A DNA stretch of 61,513 nucleotides, filler included, from Globobulimina sp. (Eukaryota), in assembly GCA_003354225.1 (NCBI GenBank). It is 23 parts of 23 records of this genome, joined end to end, with 100 filler letters (N's around TTAATTAATTAA, not from the genome) between each part and the next. Parts side by side here need not be neighbours in the genome. Positions count along the whole stretch, not along the records: positions 1 to 2,581 come from PIVH01005876.1; positions 2,682 to 5,262 come from PIVH01005877.1; positions 5,363 to 7,943 come from PIVH01005878.1; positions 8,044 to 10,624 come from PIVH01005879.1; 19 more parts are not named here. One strand, given 5' to 3'. Below the pieces are notes generated by a model. It made no database searches, was not told the origin of the DNA, and saw nothing but the letters and a program-made list of their open reading frames with translations. Below, piece by piece: positions 1-10,724 of this stretch. Position 1 is the stretch's first letter; the number at the start of each line of letters is the position of its first letter. A program made the translations under genes and the position numbers.

Positions 1-2
1 CT

Positions 3-407
3 CAGTTCCAAATATATATAATGAATGCGATGAATATGGATTCGAGTGTCAACGCAGAGAGGATTGAAATTATTAAGTTTCCTGAAAATGTGCCCATTTC
101 TGAGATCGTCGAAAGCGATCAGCTGAGTGTTGGTGGAGATGCATTGGATGAATGTAAAAGAAAAGCCAATTTATTGTATCATAAATATATTAAATCGCAG
201 GCTGAGTTTGAAATTAATATATCCGGTCAATTTAGAGAGGAGTTGCATTGGATACTGGATGATAAACCTATGAGTTTAAGAGATTTGTTGTTCATATTTG
301 AAGCTTCAAAACAAGAAATGGAAAAATTAATGACTTATTCACTGGAAAGATGGACACAGGAAACTGAATTCCAGCAAGTTATAAAAAAGATACGCGGAAA
401 AGAGTAA
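3..407 (+). CDS. RGS-domain protein, 3' part (5'-truncated at contig start)
   Basis: Frame open from base 3. KANLLYHKYIKSQAEFEINISG and IFEASKQEMEKLMTYSLERW match the RGS pattern (IY.KYI....EINI / F..A..EI..LM..S..RF). Confidence 0.75.
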   Translation, partial: QFQIYIMNAMNMDSSVNAERIEIIKFPENVPISEIVESDQLSVGGDALDECKRKANLLYHKYIKSQAEFEINISGQFREELHWILDDKPMSLRDLLFIFEASKQEMEKLMTYSLERWTQETEFQQVIKKIRGKE

Positions 408-710
408 GAAATGTAAGATGCACTTATGTGTGCTGTGCATGTCTTAAATGTTGATTTTAATTTAACTCACGTTCCTCTCGCAAACATTTTTATTGACGGT
501 GTTGATTTTTGTTTTGTTTGAATGACCTCAATTAGATCAATAAATATATTGTTAACATTATAATACGTGAATTTGTAATTGTTGTGGCCTGTGAACAGTG
601 CAGTGTTATCCCATGAAAGTCGTTCTTATTTGTTGTTTGTTGCTGAATTTAATTATTTGTTGCTCGGAGTTTTTAATCCTCTGCAGATATGTTGAATTTT
701 TAAGTATATA

Positions 711-809
711 TAACAGCCCCATCATAATATATATCGCGGGGCAGGTACACAGAGAACAAAAAAAAAATACTAACAAACACAAACAACACACTGCAGATCG
801 ACACAAATA
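711..809. repeat. Dispersed ~80-100 bp repeat, copy 1 (GCCCC..GGGGC hairpin plus CA-rich tract)
   Basis: Shares taacagccccatcat..atcgYggg..gtaca..aaacaacaca..gcaga..cacaaata with 1656-1733. Confidence 0.7.
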
Positions 810-957
810 AATGAAAAAGAAAAATGATTTGAATGGGATTGATTCTGTTCAACAGTATTGGTCCACAAATAAATGCGCCATCACACGTAAAGAATCAAAC
901 CAAACAAACCCACAAAAAAATAATTTAATATATAAATACAACAAATAACGTATAATT

Positions 958-1441
958 TCAACAATTCATCCCTTCAGAATTCGTTTCCATATTTGCTCTC
1001 CAAACAAACACATAGCACCCTCCAACACTGCCAGTCTCTGTCTCTTCGCCTTCTGGATTTGTGCTCAAATTTAAAAGATATCGAAACGTTTTGCACGACT
1101 CACCAAATTTTGCATTGTGTCTACGTTTCATTTCCATACAGAATTTCTTTTTATTTGGATTCACATTTTTAAAATATTGCCGAACATCAATTAAATCCAA
1201 CAGTTGCGGTTTGAAATCTTGTTTTGTTTTTGCGTCTGGGGCAATCCTTGAAATATCATCATATGTTTGGAGATTAACAGGTGTATCATTGTATGATGTC
1301 CCTTCATCCCCTGTTTAGATGTCATATATAATGATACAGAATTAACATAAGCATACCATTGGAATAGCTGATCACACATTGAATAACGCCAAAAGGAACA
1401 GCATGGCCACCATGGCCACCATGGCCAAAGAATCCACTCAT
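958..1441 (-). CDS. Hypothetical protein, 145 aa, two exons (1441-1357, 1310-958)
   Basis: ATG at 1441 gives MSGFFGHGGHGGHAVPFGVIQCVISYSN. A 46-nt GTATGC..AACAG intron (1356-1311) joins it in frame to GDEGTSYNDTP..LLDLIDVRQYF of the listed ORF 958-1200. Confidence 0.75.
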
Positions 1442-1655
1442 CAATAACTAATATAGTTCAACACCACAACAAATTAACAATACATAATGTCTGAATTACA
1501 AAAATCAATGGTTTATAGAAGTAACTTCGATTTTCTGTATTGAAATTTGCATATCGACTGCCATTGTCAGGTACTGGAGATTTAATTGAAATACGATTTT
1601 AATTTAAGTTCGTCATTGCAAAAATGTAGCATGAAAAAGTATAAATTGAATTGTT

Positions 1656-1733
1656 TAACAGCCCCATCATATCGTGGGTCACGTACAAACAAACAAAATT
1701 ATACAAACAAACAACACACAGCAGACACAAATA
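1656..1733. repeat. Dispersed repeat, copy 2
   Basis: Diverged copy of 711-809 in the same orientation. Confidence 0.7.
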
Positions 1734-1791
1734 GAACTAAGCACAAAAAAAAAAAAGAAACCTATATATTTTACAAAGATATATATATTGG

Positions 1792-2580
1792 TCAGTATAG
1801 ACTGTATAGTATAGGATATATATATTGCTGATCTGATGAAGATACAGAAGGCGCAGTGGTAGCAGGCGGCGATACATTGTTTGAATAAAATAATACTGAC
1901 GATGCAGTCGATGTTGTTGACCGGTTTGATATTATTTCTTTTGGCGAATCAGCCATTTCACTTTGAAATATTAATTCGTTTGAGTCATTTTCATAATGTT
2001 CCACTTTCTTTTTAAATTTAGCTTCATAATCTTTTACTTTATTCAACCAACAATCGGGATTACTGACATTTATATCATTTATAGTCGATTCAAATTCGTC
2101 CAAACATTTGCAGTCATTCATATGCGGCGGATAGGCCAAATAATGCTGTTGCATCAAATACTCCCTATCCACATAAATCCCATTTATTGTGATATTATCA
2201 GTTCGTTGGTTATATTCTAATGATAATGCAATATAAATATACGAATGAATCTTGATGATCCACGCAAAAACAATCTTTTTTTTGTCGTAGGCAACAATTG
2301 GTACTACGTTCAAATCATTTTGATTGAATTTTGCTGTCTGTTGACATAATTGTTCTTTAGTAATCGAGGCAGTGATCCTAAATCGATCATTTTTTCTATT
2401 AATTATTGGAATGTTCCTCCAATCACAGTTTATCAGTATATTCTCTATACTCTGTGCATTTATTTTACGTTTAATTGTATTGATTTCTTGAGATTGTACC
2501 GGTTTGAATATAAATTGCGACATTACTGGTTGCAAAGCATTATATTTTATTGTTTTTTGCTGTTGCATGGAGCAATACAA
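1792..2580 (-). CDS. Hypothetical protein, 5'-truncated
   Basis: 262-codon open frame running into the linker; globular beta-rich core followed by an S/T-rich tail. No family assigned. Confidence 0.65.
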   Translation of the reverse strand: MYCSMQQQKTIKYNALQPVMSQFIFKPVQSQEINTIKRKINAQSIENILINCDWRNIPIINRKNDRFRITASITKEQLCQQTAKFNQNDLNVVPIVAYDKKKIVFAWIIKIHSYIYIALSLEYNQRTDNITINGIYVDREYLMQQHYLAYPPHMNDCKCLDEFESTINDINVSNPDCWLNKVKDYEAKFKKKVEHYENDSNELIFQSEMADSPKEIISNRSTTSTASSVLFYSNNVSPPATTAPSVSSSDQQYIYPILYSLY

Positions 2581-2581
2581 A

Positions 2582-2681
2582 NNNNNNNNNNNNNNNNNNN
2601 NNNNNNNNNNNNNNNNNNNNNNNNNTTAATTAATTAANNNNNNNNNNNNNNNNNNNNNNNNNNNNNNNNNNNNNNNNNNNN
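2582..2681. other. Artificial contig linker (first of 22)
   Basis: 44N-TTAATTAATTAA-44N, with stops in all six frames. Others start at 5263, 7944, 10625, 13306, 15987, 18667, 21347, 24027, 26707, 29386, 32065, 34744, 37422, 40100, 42778, 45455, 48132, 50809, 53486, 56162 and 58838. Contig lengths fall from 2581 to 2576 bp. Confidence 0.99.
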
Positions 2682-3033
2682 TATGTATCCAATATGAACT
2701 ATATTTTTCTCTTTATTTTTTCATTTTATTATTATTTACTTTTTACATTAAATATATTAATGTTTTCTATATGTTCCGGAGTGATTTATTCAAATCGTTT
2801 TCGGTTTGCTGATATCTATTTTTTTTATATATATATATATTAATTTTGTTATGGTGGCAAATATTTAAAGTAAGAATATGTGTTATGATGTTTTTATTTT
2901 GTTTTCCTTTAATTTTCTCCCTTTAAACTACCTCTTTATATCATCCCCGAAGCTGTATTAAATATTTAGTTATTTATGCATAATCTATGTGTTATTATAT
3001 GTGTATTTTCCATACCATATTTAATAAATCCCC

Positions 3034-3231
3034 TGTGTGATAGTAATAACGTGAATTTTTGTATGTGTATAATTGTAGAGACTTGCTAATCTATTTATTG
3101 TGCGAGGAAGTAATATAAGTTTAGAAAGCAGTATGAAAGTGAAGTAAGCAAAAACTTAGTTAACAAAACACTCTTAGTCTCACACATATAGTCAATGGCA
3201 AAGTAGTCTTAGAAAGGGATAGAAATCCACA
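3034..3231 (-). repeat. Putative 3' LTR (~198 bp)
   Basis: On the minus strand it begins TGTGGAT directly after the PPT, ends ATCACACA, and contains AATAAA (3099-3094). The second LTR is not in the contig, so the distal end is inferred. Confidence 0.6.
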
Positions 3232-3244
3232 TCACCCTCTTCTT
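3232..3244 (-). promoter_or_regulatory. Polypurine tract
   Basis: AAGAAGAGGGTGA lies 12 nt after the integrase stop and abuts TG. Confidence 0.7.
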
Positions 3245-3256
3245 AAAGAAAGCTAG

Positions 3257-5262
3257 TCAGTCCTCAGTCAATCGAATCATATTTAAGAATAAGTCATCCT
3301 TTGGTTTATATTCAATCTGTAATGATGGATGCATGCAATATGCATATATCAACCGATTATAATATCGTAATTTATTTAATTTGCGCAATTCTGCTTTATC
3401 CAATCTATTATGTTTATTATCAATTTCGTTCTCTATATTGTCCATATTGTATATCGTATATATTAATAATGCATCAACTGGACTCGTATGGCCATCATGG
3501 TATGGCTTGCAATGCATTATATCGGTCCAAAATGGATCATAAATTTTATCATAATCCTGGATTTTCAATGTTTTATTACCATTTATTGCCTCCAATACCT
3601 TATACGGGCCCACATAATTTGGTATCAATGACTTCTCGTTTTTTGTCATATTTTGCGAGACGTCATACATTATTAAGTCATTCACTTCAGTCTTTATTTC
3701 ATGTCTATGTTTGTCATAATATCTCTTTCGTATTTTGTCATAATTTATTTGTTTATTTCGAGCCTTATTATGTATCATCTTTACGCGAACAGCCATATGT
3801 TTGCGATAAATATCAGGGCATTTCGGATCGCATTTTATTACATCAATATCTCGTGGATTGGTACCAAATATTATGTCGAATGGCGTGTATGATGTCATTC
3901 GATTTATTGTTGTATTATATTTATATTGGATCACTGGTAAGTAATGGGCCCAGTTATCACATTGGAAAGCTGGCCCAACGACGAATTCCAAGCCTAAATC
4001 GTATGCGAGCACCGCTAAGCGCTCTTTTATCCATCTATGGAGCCGCTCGATCTGTCCATTGCATTCCGGATGATATGCAGTTATGTATTTTACTTTTGTT
4101 TTGTGTGAATCTTGATAGTGTCTATATATATTTTTGATAGGAATTGGGAACCGTTATCGGATAGGATCACTTCCGGCGGTCCAAAGGTTGTATACCACCG
4201 CTCAATGGCTCGTATGACGGTCGGTGTATCCGTATCCTTCACTGGCTGTATCATACAATATCGTGAGAACTTGTCAATGATAGTCACGATGTATTGGAAT
4301 CCATCATCTGTCGTTGGCAGTGCACCAACAATATCTACGCTTATTTGTTCAAAGGGGCGTGTTGCTGGAAACAAGTTAAGTTTCCCACGATTCTGTTTTT
4401 GTGTATGTTTGACTGATTGGCAGCTTATGCAGCTTTTGGCAAACTCGCCAATATCGAGTCGCATTTTGGGCCACCAGTACTCCGTCAATATTAAATCAAT
4501 CATTTTGCCGCTACCATTATGAACTATGTCGTGCGCGTTATTTATTATGGATTTGCGCAATGTATCAGGTACCACAATCTTGTATTCATTCTCTTTATAT
4601 TTATAAAATAGTAAGCCATCATCATTGCACTTATATTTGCCGTTTAACACATATCGGTACAAATATTTTGGCAGAGTGCGTATTAAATGGGTATTGTCAG
4701 TCAAAATGTACTGAGCAATGCCATATATCCATGGATCAGACTGTTGTTTTTGGAGTAATAGATCTGGAGTTATATGCTCTGGATAGTATCTATCAAGAAT
4801 TACTGATGGAATTGGATCAATTGTATCAAGATTATGGATGGGATTATTTGGTTTATATGATAGGATATTTTGATTTAATTCCAAGGCTTCATCCAATCGT
4901 TCATTATAAAGTTTACGTTGCGCCGCATTCACAATATCATCAATATGCGGGATCTCAATCAATTCGGAAGCATTTATATCGGCGTCTTGGTTCTCAGGCA
5001 ATCTGTTTCTGATTCGCGTTGACCTTCGACGCGTTTCTGACTGTTTTTGTTGTTTGTTATGTTTTATTTTTGGTTTCGGTATCTGTGGTTTCGTTGTTTT
5101 ATGTTTTTGTTTCTGTTTATTTTTATTTTTGTCGGCGGCAAAAACTCGCCACTCTTGAAGTTTTCGTAACAAATTATCTAGAAAACAACTCTCTTCTTCT
5201 TCTTCCCTCTCCTCTTTATCATGGCGCCGTGGTGTTGGTGGCCTTAAACTGATCGAATCGTC
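3257..5262 (-). pseudogene. pol C-terminus / integrase, frameshifted near 4095
   Basis: AHDIVHNG..YWWPKM..CISCQ, PFEQISVDIVG and ILSDNGSQF lie in one frame. TAYHPECNGQIERLH (catalytic E) and YVGPYKV lie in another; the shift is at cacacaaaacaaaag. Confidence 0.85.
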
Positions 5263-5688
5263 NNNNNNNNNNNNNNNNNNNNNNNNNNNNNNNNNNNNNN
5301 NNNNNNTTAATTAATTAANNNNNNNNNNNNNNNNNNNNNNNNNNNNNNNNNNNNNNNNNNNNATACAAAACGTACACATAACGGCACAACCGGCTGATAC
5401 CACAAAATAAATACTGCATTTAAAAACAGGGAACAATACAACAACACAATTTCTCTTTAAAAATCAAAGAAAAAACAATAAAACAAAACAAACGGCTGCA
5501 CCAAAATCAAACAAAAAACAAAAAACAACACAATTTCTCTTTAAAAATCAAGGAATTAATTAAGAATTAAAGGGATTTTATACATTTTTAATTAAACAAA
5601 AACAAAATCCGACTCTAAAAAAAAAATCGTTTATAAAATGTTCAAGCAAATTAAAAAAAAAATAGTTTTAAATTTAATATTTGTACAT

Positions 5689-7704
5689 TCAATCGTCTAT
5701 GAAGGAACTCTCCATAATCAGAGAGTATATAAAAACAAAAATGATGACCGAAACTAAGAACGCAGGGCCATATAAATCATGTAAACCATCGGTACCGCCC
5801 GCCAACAATTTAAAATTTCTTTTATAATAAATACAGACCGCCCACAACAACACCAAACCCGCCACGGATATCATCAAATGCCCGGCTGGGTCTTTTTGAT
5901 TCATTGACCGTATGGTTAAGCCAGCAGAGCCAATAAAAACTGCCGCTTGAAACCAGCCAAGAAAGGTCCGTTCATTCGAGAAATATACCTTTGGATTGAC
6001 AGCAGTCCGTTTGTTTTTAGCTTTCTTTTTCCAGTCTTTAATGAAACTTCTCAGCGGCAAACAGCAATTTATCTTCCTTTCATCTTCCTCCTCAACAACA
6101 ACATCGCTCTCACTCTTATAATTAACAAACGCATTGAGATTCTCATCAGGCACTTCATCGTGGTCTTCATTCAATAATCGCCACTTTGGAATAATGCTTA
6201 TTTTATTCTGATAAAATTGATTGACAGACTCGCCATATTTGGAGAATTTATGACATTGAATCAATAAGTTACTGTCCATCAAATCTTCGATCCATTGCGG
6301 CGGATTACTGACATATTGCTGCGAGAGCTTGATTTCTAAGACACAGAGCGGGTAATCCACCACATCGTCGTTACAAATATTGTCCCATTTGGTGTACCAC
6401 TCATTATTTGCTAATAAGTCGCCGTTTTCTTTGACAAATTTCAGATCCAAATCCAATGATATTCGCAACGAGTTTGTATTCTTGAATTGAAAGGCAATCC
6501 GTTTGTAAACAGTACGCGTTTTTGGTGCCAAACACAAAGTTTTAACCATTTCATGTACCTCATGATGCAAATCACTTTTATTAATCAGAGTTTTGTCGGA
6601 TTCAATAAAAGATAAAACGTCCTTACTTTTGAGCTTAAATCGATCCTTTTTCGATGGTTTGCCGCAGCGATGAACTTTTCTTTCAAAAAAGACAGAATCG
6701 GACCGCTTTGGCGCATCTTTGCCATACCATCGAATACGAAGAGATTTGGCGAAGTCTAATTTTTGAATTCGTTCATGATAACATTCAAACGCATCGTTGT
6801 CGAAATAGACAGAGCTAATTTGTTGATTAATGATTTCATTTTTGCTTTTTTTCGATTTATCAGAGAAGACATAAATGGGCAAATGCTGGATAATGACACC
6901 AATCACTTGGCAGATATCGCTTCGCCGCAGCCAGAATTTAATATTTTCGCGCTCAAAGCCAAAATTATCAATATTGTTTTTAGTGTTTTGACTCAAAGCC
7001 GAACGATCGAAATCGTACAAATTTGAGATTTGTTTAATTTTTGGGAATAATGAAGATTGCGGATAATATTTTAATTTCCAATCCCAAATGGAACGTAATT
7101 TGTTACTTTCTGCAGATATTTTGTCATGTTTTTTGATTAAATGGTTTAAATGTTCTTGGTTCACCCAAATGAATTCATTGAATCGTAGAATTTCCATCAT
7201 CAGATTCTTCGAAACGGGCATTTTCGATATGTTTAAGCTTGCGCGCTCTGCAAATTTCTCATATTTTGTCCATTCGCGATCTAAGTTTTCAATAAATGCA
7301 TTGCGTGATTTGGGTTTGTTTTTTTTGATACGAATCAATAAACAATGCAATTTATAAAAATTAATATATCCGCCGCTGTATTCGTCTTTTGTACTTTCGC
7401 GATCCTCGAAATATTTTTTAATCGAAGAAGTGGATTGCTTGTCAAGGTTGAGAGGAGCGGAGGAATTCGAACTAAACAACAATCGGTCCAATTCTACTCC
7501 CATTTCTTCCTCCATTTCTTCCATGCCCTCCATATCTACGATGGCTTTTTCTTCAGCATTGGATAATGACATTATATCAGACATTGAATTTGTTTCTATA
7601 TCTTCATGATCAGTCATTTCCATCAATCCATGCATCTCATTTGTTTCGCGAACAGCTTGGACTGTCTTATATCTCGTGGTAAGTCGAGTATTCTCAGAAA
7701 GCAT
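5689..7704 (-). CDS. VTC4: Vacuolar transporter chaperone 4-like polyphosphate polymerase (SPX-VTC-DUF202)
   Basis: SPX-like YINFYKL..LIKKHDK. VTC motifs FERENIKFW, ISSVYFDN, LRIRWYG, FFERKVH, RIAFQ, LRISLD, VLEIKL and KFSKY. PKVYFSNERTFLGW is followed by 3 TM helices. First ATG is at 7704; no intron. Confidence 0.93.
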   Translation of the reverse strand: MLSENTRLTTRYKTVQAVRETNEMHGLMEMTDHEDIETNSMSDIMSLSNAEEKAIVDMEGMEEMEEEMGVELDRLLFSSNSSAPLNLDKQSTSSIKKYFEDRESTKDEYSGGYINFYKLHCLLIRIKKNKPKSRNAFIENLDREWTKYEKFAERASLNISKMPVSKNLMMEILRFNEFIWVNQEHLNHLIKKHDKISAESNKLRSIWDWKLKYYPQSSLFPKIKQISNLYDFDRSALSQNTKNNIDNFGFERENIKFWLRRSDICQVIGVIIQHLPIYVFSDKSKKSKNEIINQQISSVYFDNDAFECYHERIQKLDFAKSLRIRWYGKDAPKRSDSVFFERKVHRCGKPSKKDRFKLKSKDVLSFIESDKTLINKSDLHHEVHEMVKTLCLAPKTRTVYKRIAFQFKNTNSLRISLDLDLKFVKENGDLLANNEWYTKWDNICNDDVVDYPLCVLEIKLSQQYVSNPPQWIEDLMDSNLLIQCHKFSKYGESVNQFYQNKISIIPKWRLLNEDHDEVPDENLNAFVNYKSESDVVVEEEDERKINCCLPLRSFIKDWKKKAKNKRTAVNPKVYFSNERTFLGWFQAAVFIGSAGLTIRSMNQKDPAGHLMISVAGLVLLWAVCIYYKRNFKLLAGGTDGLHDLYGPAFLVSVIIFVFIYSLIMESSFIDD

Positions 7705-8045
7705 TGTGTAGGAAAAGCTAGGTGTACGTTTAAATTTAATTAAGTAATTAACTAGTAGCAATTAAGTAAAGTAACGTCCGGTTTGTGTTCCAGTGTACAA
7801 ACGTTTGTATAACTAAACTAAATTAATATTAGTTGATATCTTGCGTTTGTATATGGGGCATTCTTGTCAGCAAAATATTTAATACAAAGAACAATCTGAA
7901 AGTTATACAACAAAAAACACGGAAAAGCATTGTGTAGGAAAAGNNNNNNNNNNNNNNNNNNNNNNNNNNNNNNNNNNNNNNNNNNNNTTAATTAATTAAN
8001 NNNNNNNNNNNNNNNNNNNNNNNNNNNNNNNNNNNNNNNNNNNAA

Positions 8046-10624
8046 ACAACTTTAGAATTGGATGAACAAATAAGTCATAGAAACTGCGGCCGTTTATGGG
8101 AAATCGAAGCGGATAAAGACAAAGCAATTTGCGCAATTACTGATTTTAATGCTGATACTATGAAACATACAGTCAAATTTTTTCAAACTGATGAACATCA
8201 ACAAAGAAAACCATTGAAAGTATCCATTCTTCCGCATACAAAGAAGAAAGCTGTATGGAATCTAAATTTATTGGAACTACAAGATCGAGGCCTAATTGAT
8301 TTACAGCAATTTACAATTGAAGCAAACTCGAAATGGCTAAATGAAGCACACAAATCTATGCAATCTTCATTTTGGCGATGTAGTGGTGGTAACTCATCAT
8401 ATTTTATCTGTGCTCATTGCAGGTCATATGTCAAAAGCTCTAAAGTGTCAATAGTTAGATTGCGGAAAGAATTGCATTTAAGTGATATTGAAATGGTCTC
8501 AGTGTACAAACAGATGAAGACACCAATAATCTGCGCGCATTGTTTCCGCGTAAAAAGGGAAATGAACAGAAATCAATTAATTGCAGAAATAATATCATTT
8601 TGGATATTTCGTTTATTGGTTTGGTGGATATTAATTGCTATATTTGGCGCACTTAAACTGATAACAAACCCAAAAACGTTCGTGAGCTGCAAATGTTGCA
8701 CAAAACAGAAATCAAAAACGTATTTCTGCAATAACTATTATGATGACACGTTAATTGCAAATATGTTAACAGATAATATGAAAGATGCACTATTTAATGA
8801 TAATATACACAATAATGTCTGGAATGCATTGCATGAAACACAAAATGGGATCGATCCGTTATCCTTAAAAGACGCCATAAACAAACATGTGATGGAGAAA
8901 AATATTGATGGCGAATTGACACAATTTCAATTTATGGCTGATTTTGTTGGAATACATGATTTTAAACAAGTTTATGGTGCGGAAACATGGAATGATTATT
9001 TTAAACCTTTGAGTATTGCCATATTTAATAAAATTAAAGACAAAGCAACACAGCAAATACCTCTCCATTTACTACTAAAATATCCATTAAATGCCGCAAT
9101 GTGCTTAGATTTGTTGGATGAATTTTGGGCAAAATTACAATACGAATCTAAATCAGAAGAAGAAGATGAAGAAAGTAAACAAGATGAAAAATTGGAGCAA
9201 GAAGAAATAAAAAATAATGGTCAAGAAAAAGAGCAAAATAAACGTTTAATAATAAATTGTACCAAACAAAATATAATCGATGCATTACATGAACTGAAAT
9301 TTTTAAATTGTAAAAACGATGAAGAAAGACGCTATATTTTGAATAAAATCGAGACATCCGATTGTTATGCGGGCGAAAGTAACATTTATTATAAGTTTAT
9401 GAAATATTTGTTTGAGGTTCAATCATTATTTCAAAACAACCACAAAATAAATACATTGTTGAGAGACATTCGGATAGCAATGAATGACTATGGCATCGAT
9501 AAGAAAGTGAACAGAGACGAATTGCAGTTTTTATGTACCGGCATCAATGATGTATTGGTCATTCCATTCATGAATACGATACAAAGAGATGGCAACAAAT
9601 TGTATTTGTGGGATATATGGAATAATTTGTTGTGTCTGGATTACTTGAAAGAATCTGTAAAAATTGCTTTTCAAACTGGTAAACATTGGACCATCAGAAT
9701 GAGCGAAGAGGAGTTAAAACAGTTAGTAATGGAAACGCATCAAAATGATATTATTAGTGACAAAAAACAAAATTCGTGGAGGGATAGAATGGAAAGGAGC
9801 TATTCTGAAAATTCTTCAGTTTATAAACCTAAACAGCAACAAAAACAAACACATTTTGGCGGAAACGAATTGAGAGATATTTTCAAGTTACGTAATACAC
9901 AAAAAATGAGTGCCGAGAGTTTATCTAAAAAAGAATCGAGAATTGCATCGGTTTATAAATCAAAAATTACGAAAACGGAGTTGATGCAAAATATTGAAGG
10001 GATATTTGAAAAAACCAAACAAATTACAAAAATATCTGTAACCACAATAAATACATATTTTATGGAGGAAGTTATTGAAAGCGAAGAAGTTTTAGATTTT
10101 GTATATCAACAATTATCACGATTTGCAGTATTCAATCGGAACAAAATGAAAAATAAATGCAATGAGAATGAATTAATAGACATATTATGCCATTGTAATA
10201 ATTATAGAAACGGATATTACATCGATATAGAAACAATACCGCAACAAATCAAAGATAGTAATTTTTTAATTATAAAGAAATTATATAAACATTTATTAAC
10301 TGTAATAATTGAATCGGGATTATTTTTTATTCAAACAAATGTATCAGAGCATGACTACAAATATGATGAAAAACAAACTGATTCACATTCACATTCACAT
10401 TCTGTGTCCATTACAATTCAGGATATATTAACAATTATTTCGTTATATAAAAAAGTATATATCAAAGTTCAAAGAGAATTGACGAATACCACACAATTAA
10501 ATTGTATTTCGCATGATGTGTTTGTTAAATTTGTGGATCCAGAATTTGAACTAAATTGCAATGAAAATGATGAAATGAAAAATAAACAAAGAACATTGTT
10601 GTCAACAAAAAAAAGCATGCAAGC
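8046..10624 (+). CDS. Large hypothetical protein, internal fragment
   Basis: Frame open across the whole contig; two CAHC (CxxC) motifs followed by one hydrophobic helix. No family recognised. Confidence 0.75.
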
Positions 10625-10724
10625 NNNNNNNNNNNNNNNNNNNNNNNNNNNNNNNNNNNNNNNNNNNNTTAATTAATTAANNNNNNNNNNNNNNNNNNNN
10701 NNNNNNNNNNNNNNNNNNNNNNNN

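Larger units (their letters stand above)
3034..5262 (-). mobile_element. Ty3/Gypsy LTR retrotransposon, 3' portion
   Basis: Integrase with HHCC zinc domain, DDE core and GPY motif, followed directly by a polypurine tract and a TG..CA bounded segment. Confidence 0.88.

Noticed and set aside
3301-5012. Long plus-strand ORFs opposite the integrase (and similar shadow ORFs elsewhere)
   Set aside because: Antisense frames with no recognisable motifs; expected by-products of codon bias.
5441-5551. 27-bp direct repeat downstream of VTC4
   Set aside because: A simple local tandem duplication in low-complexity 3' sequence.
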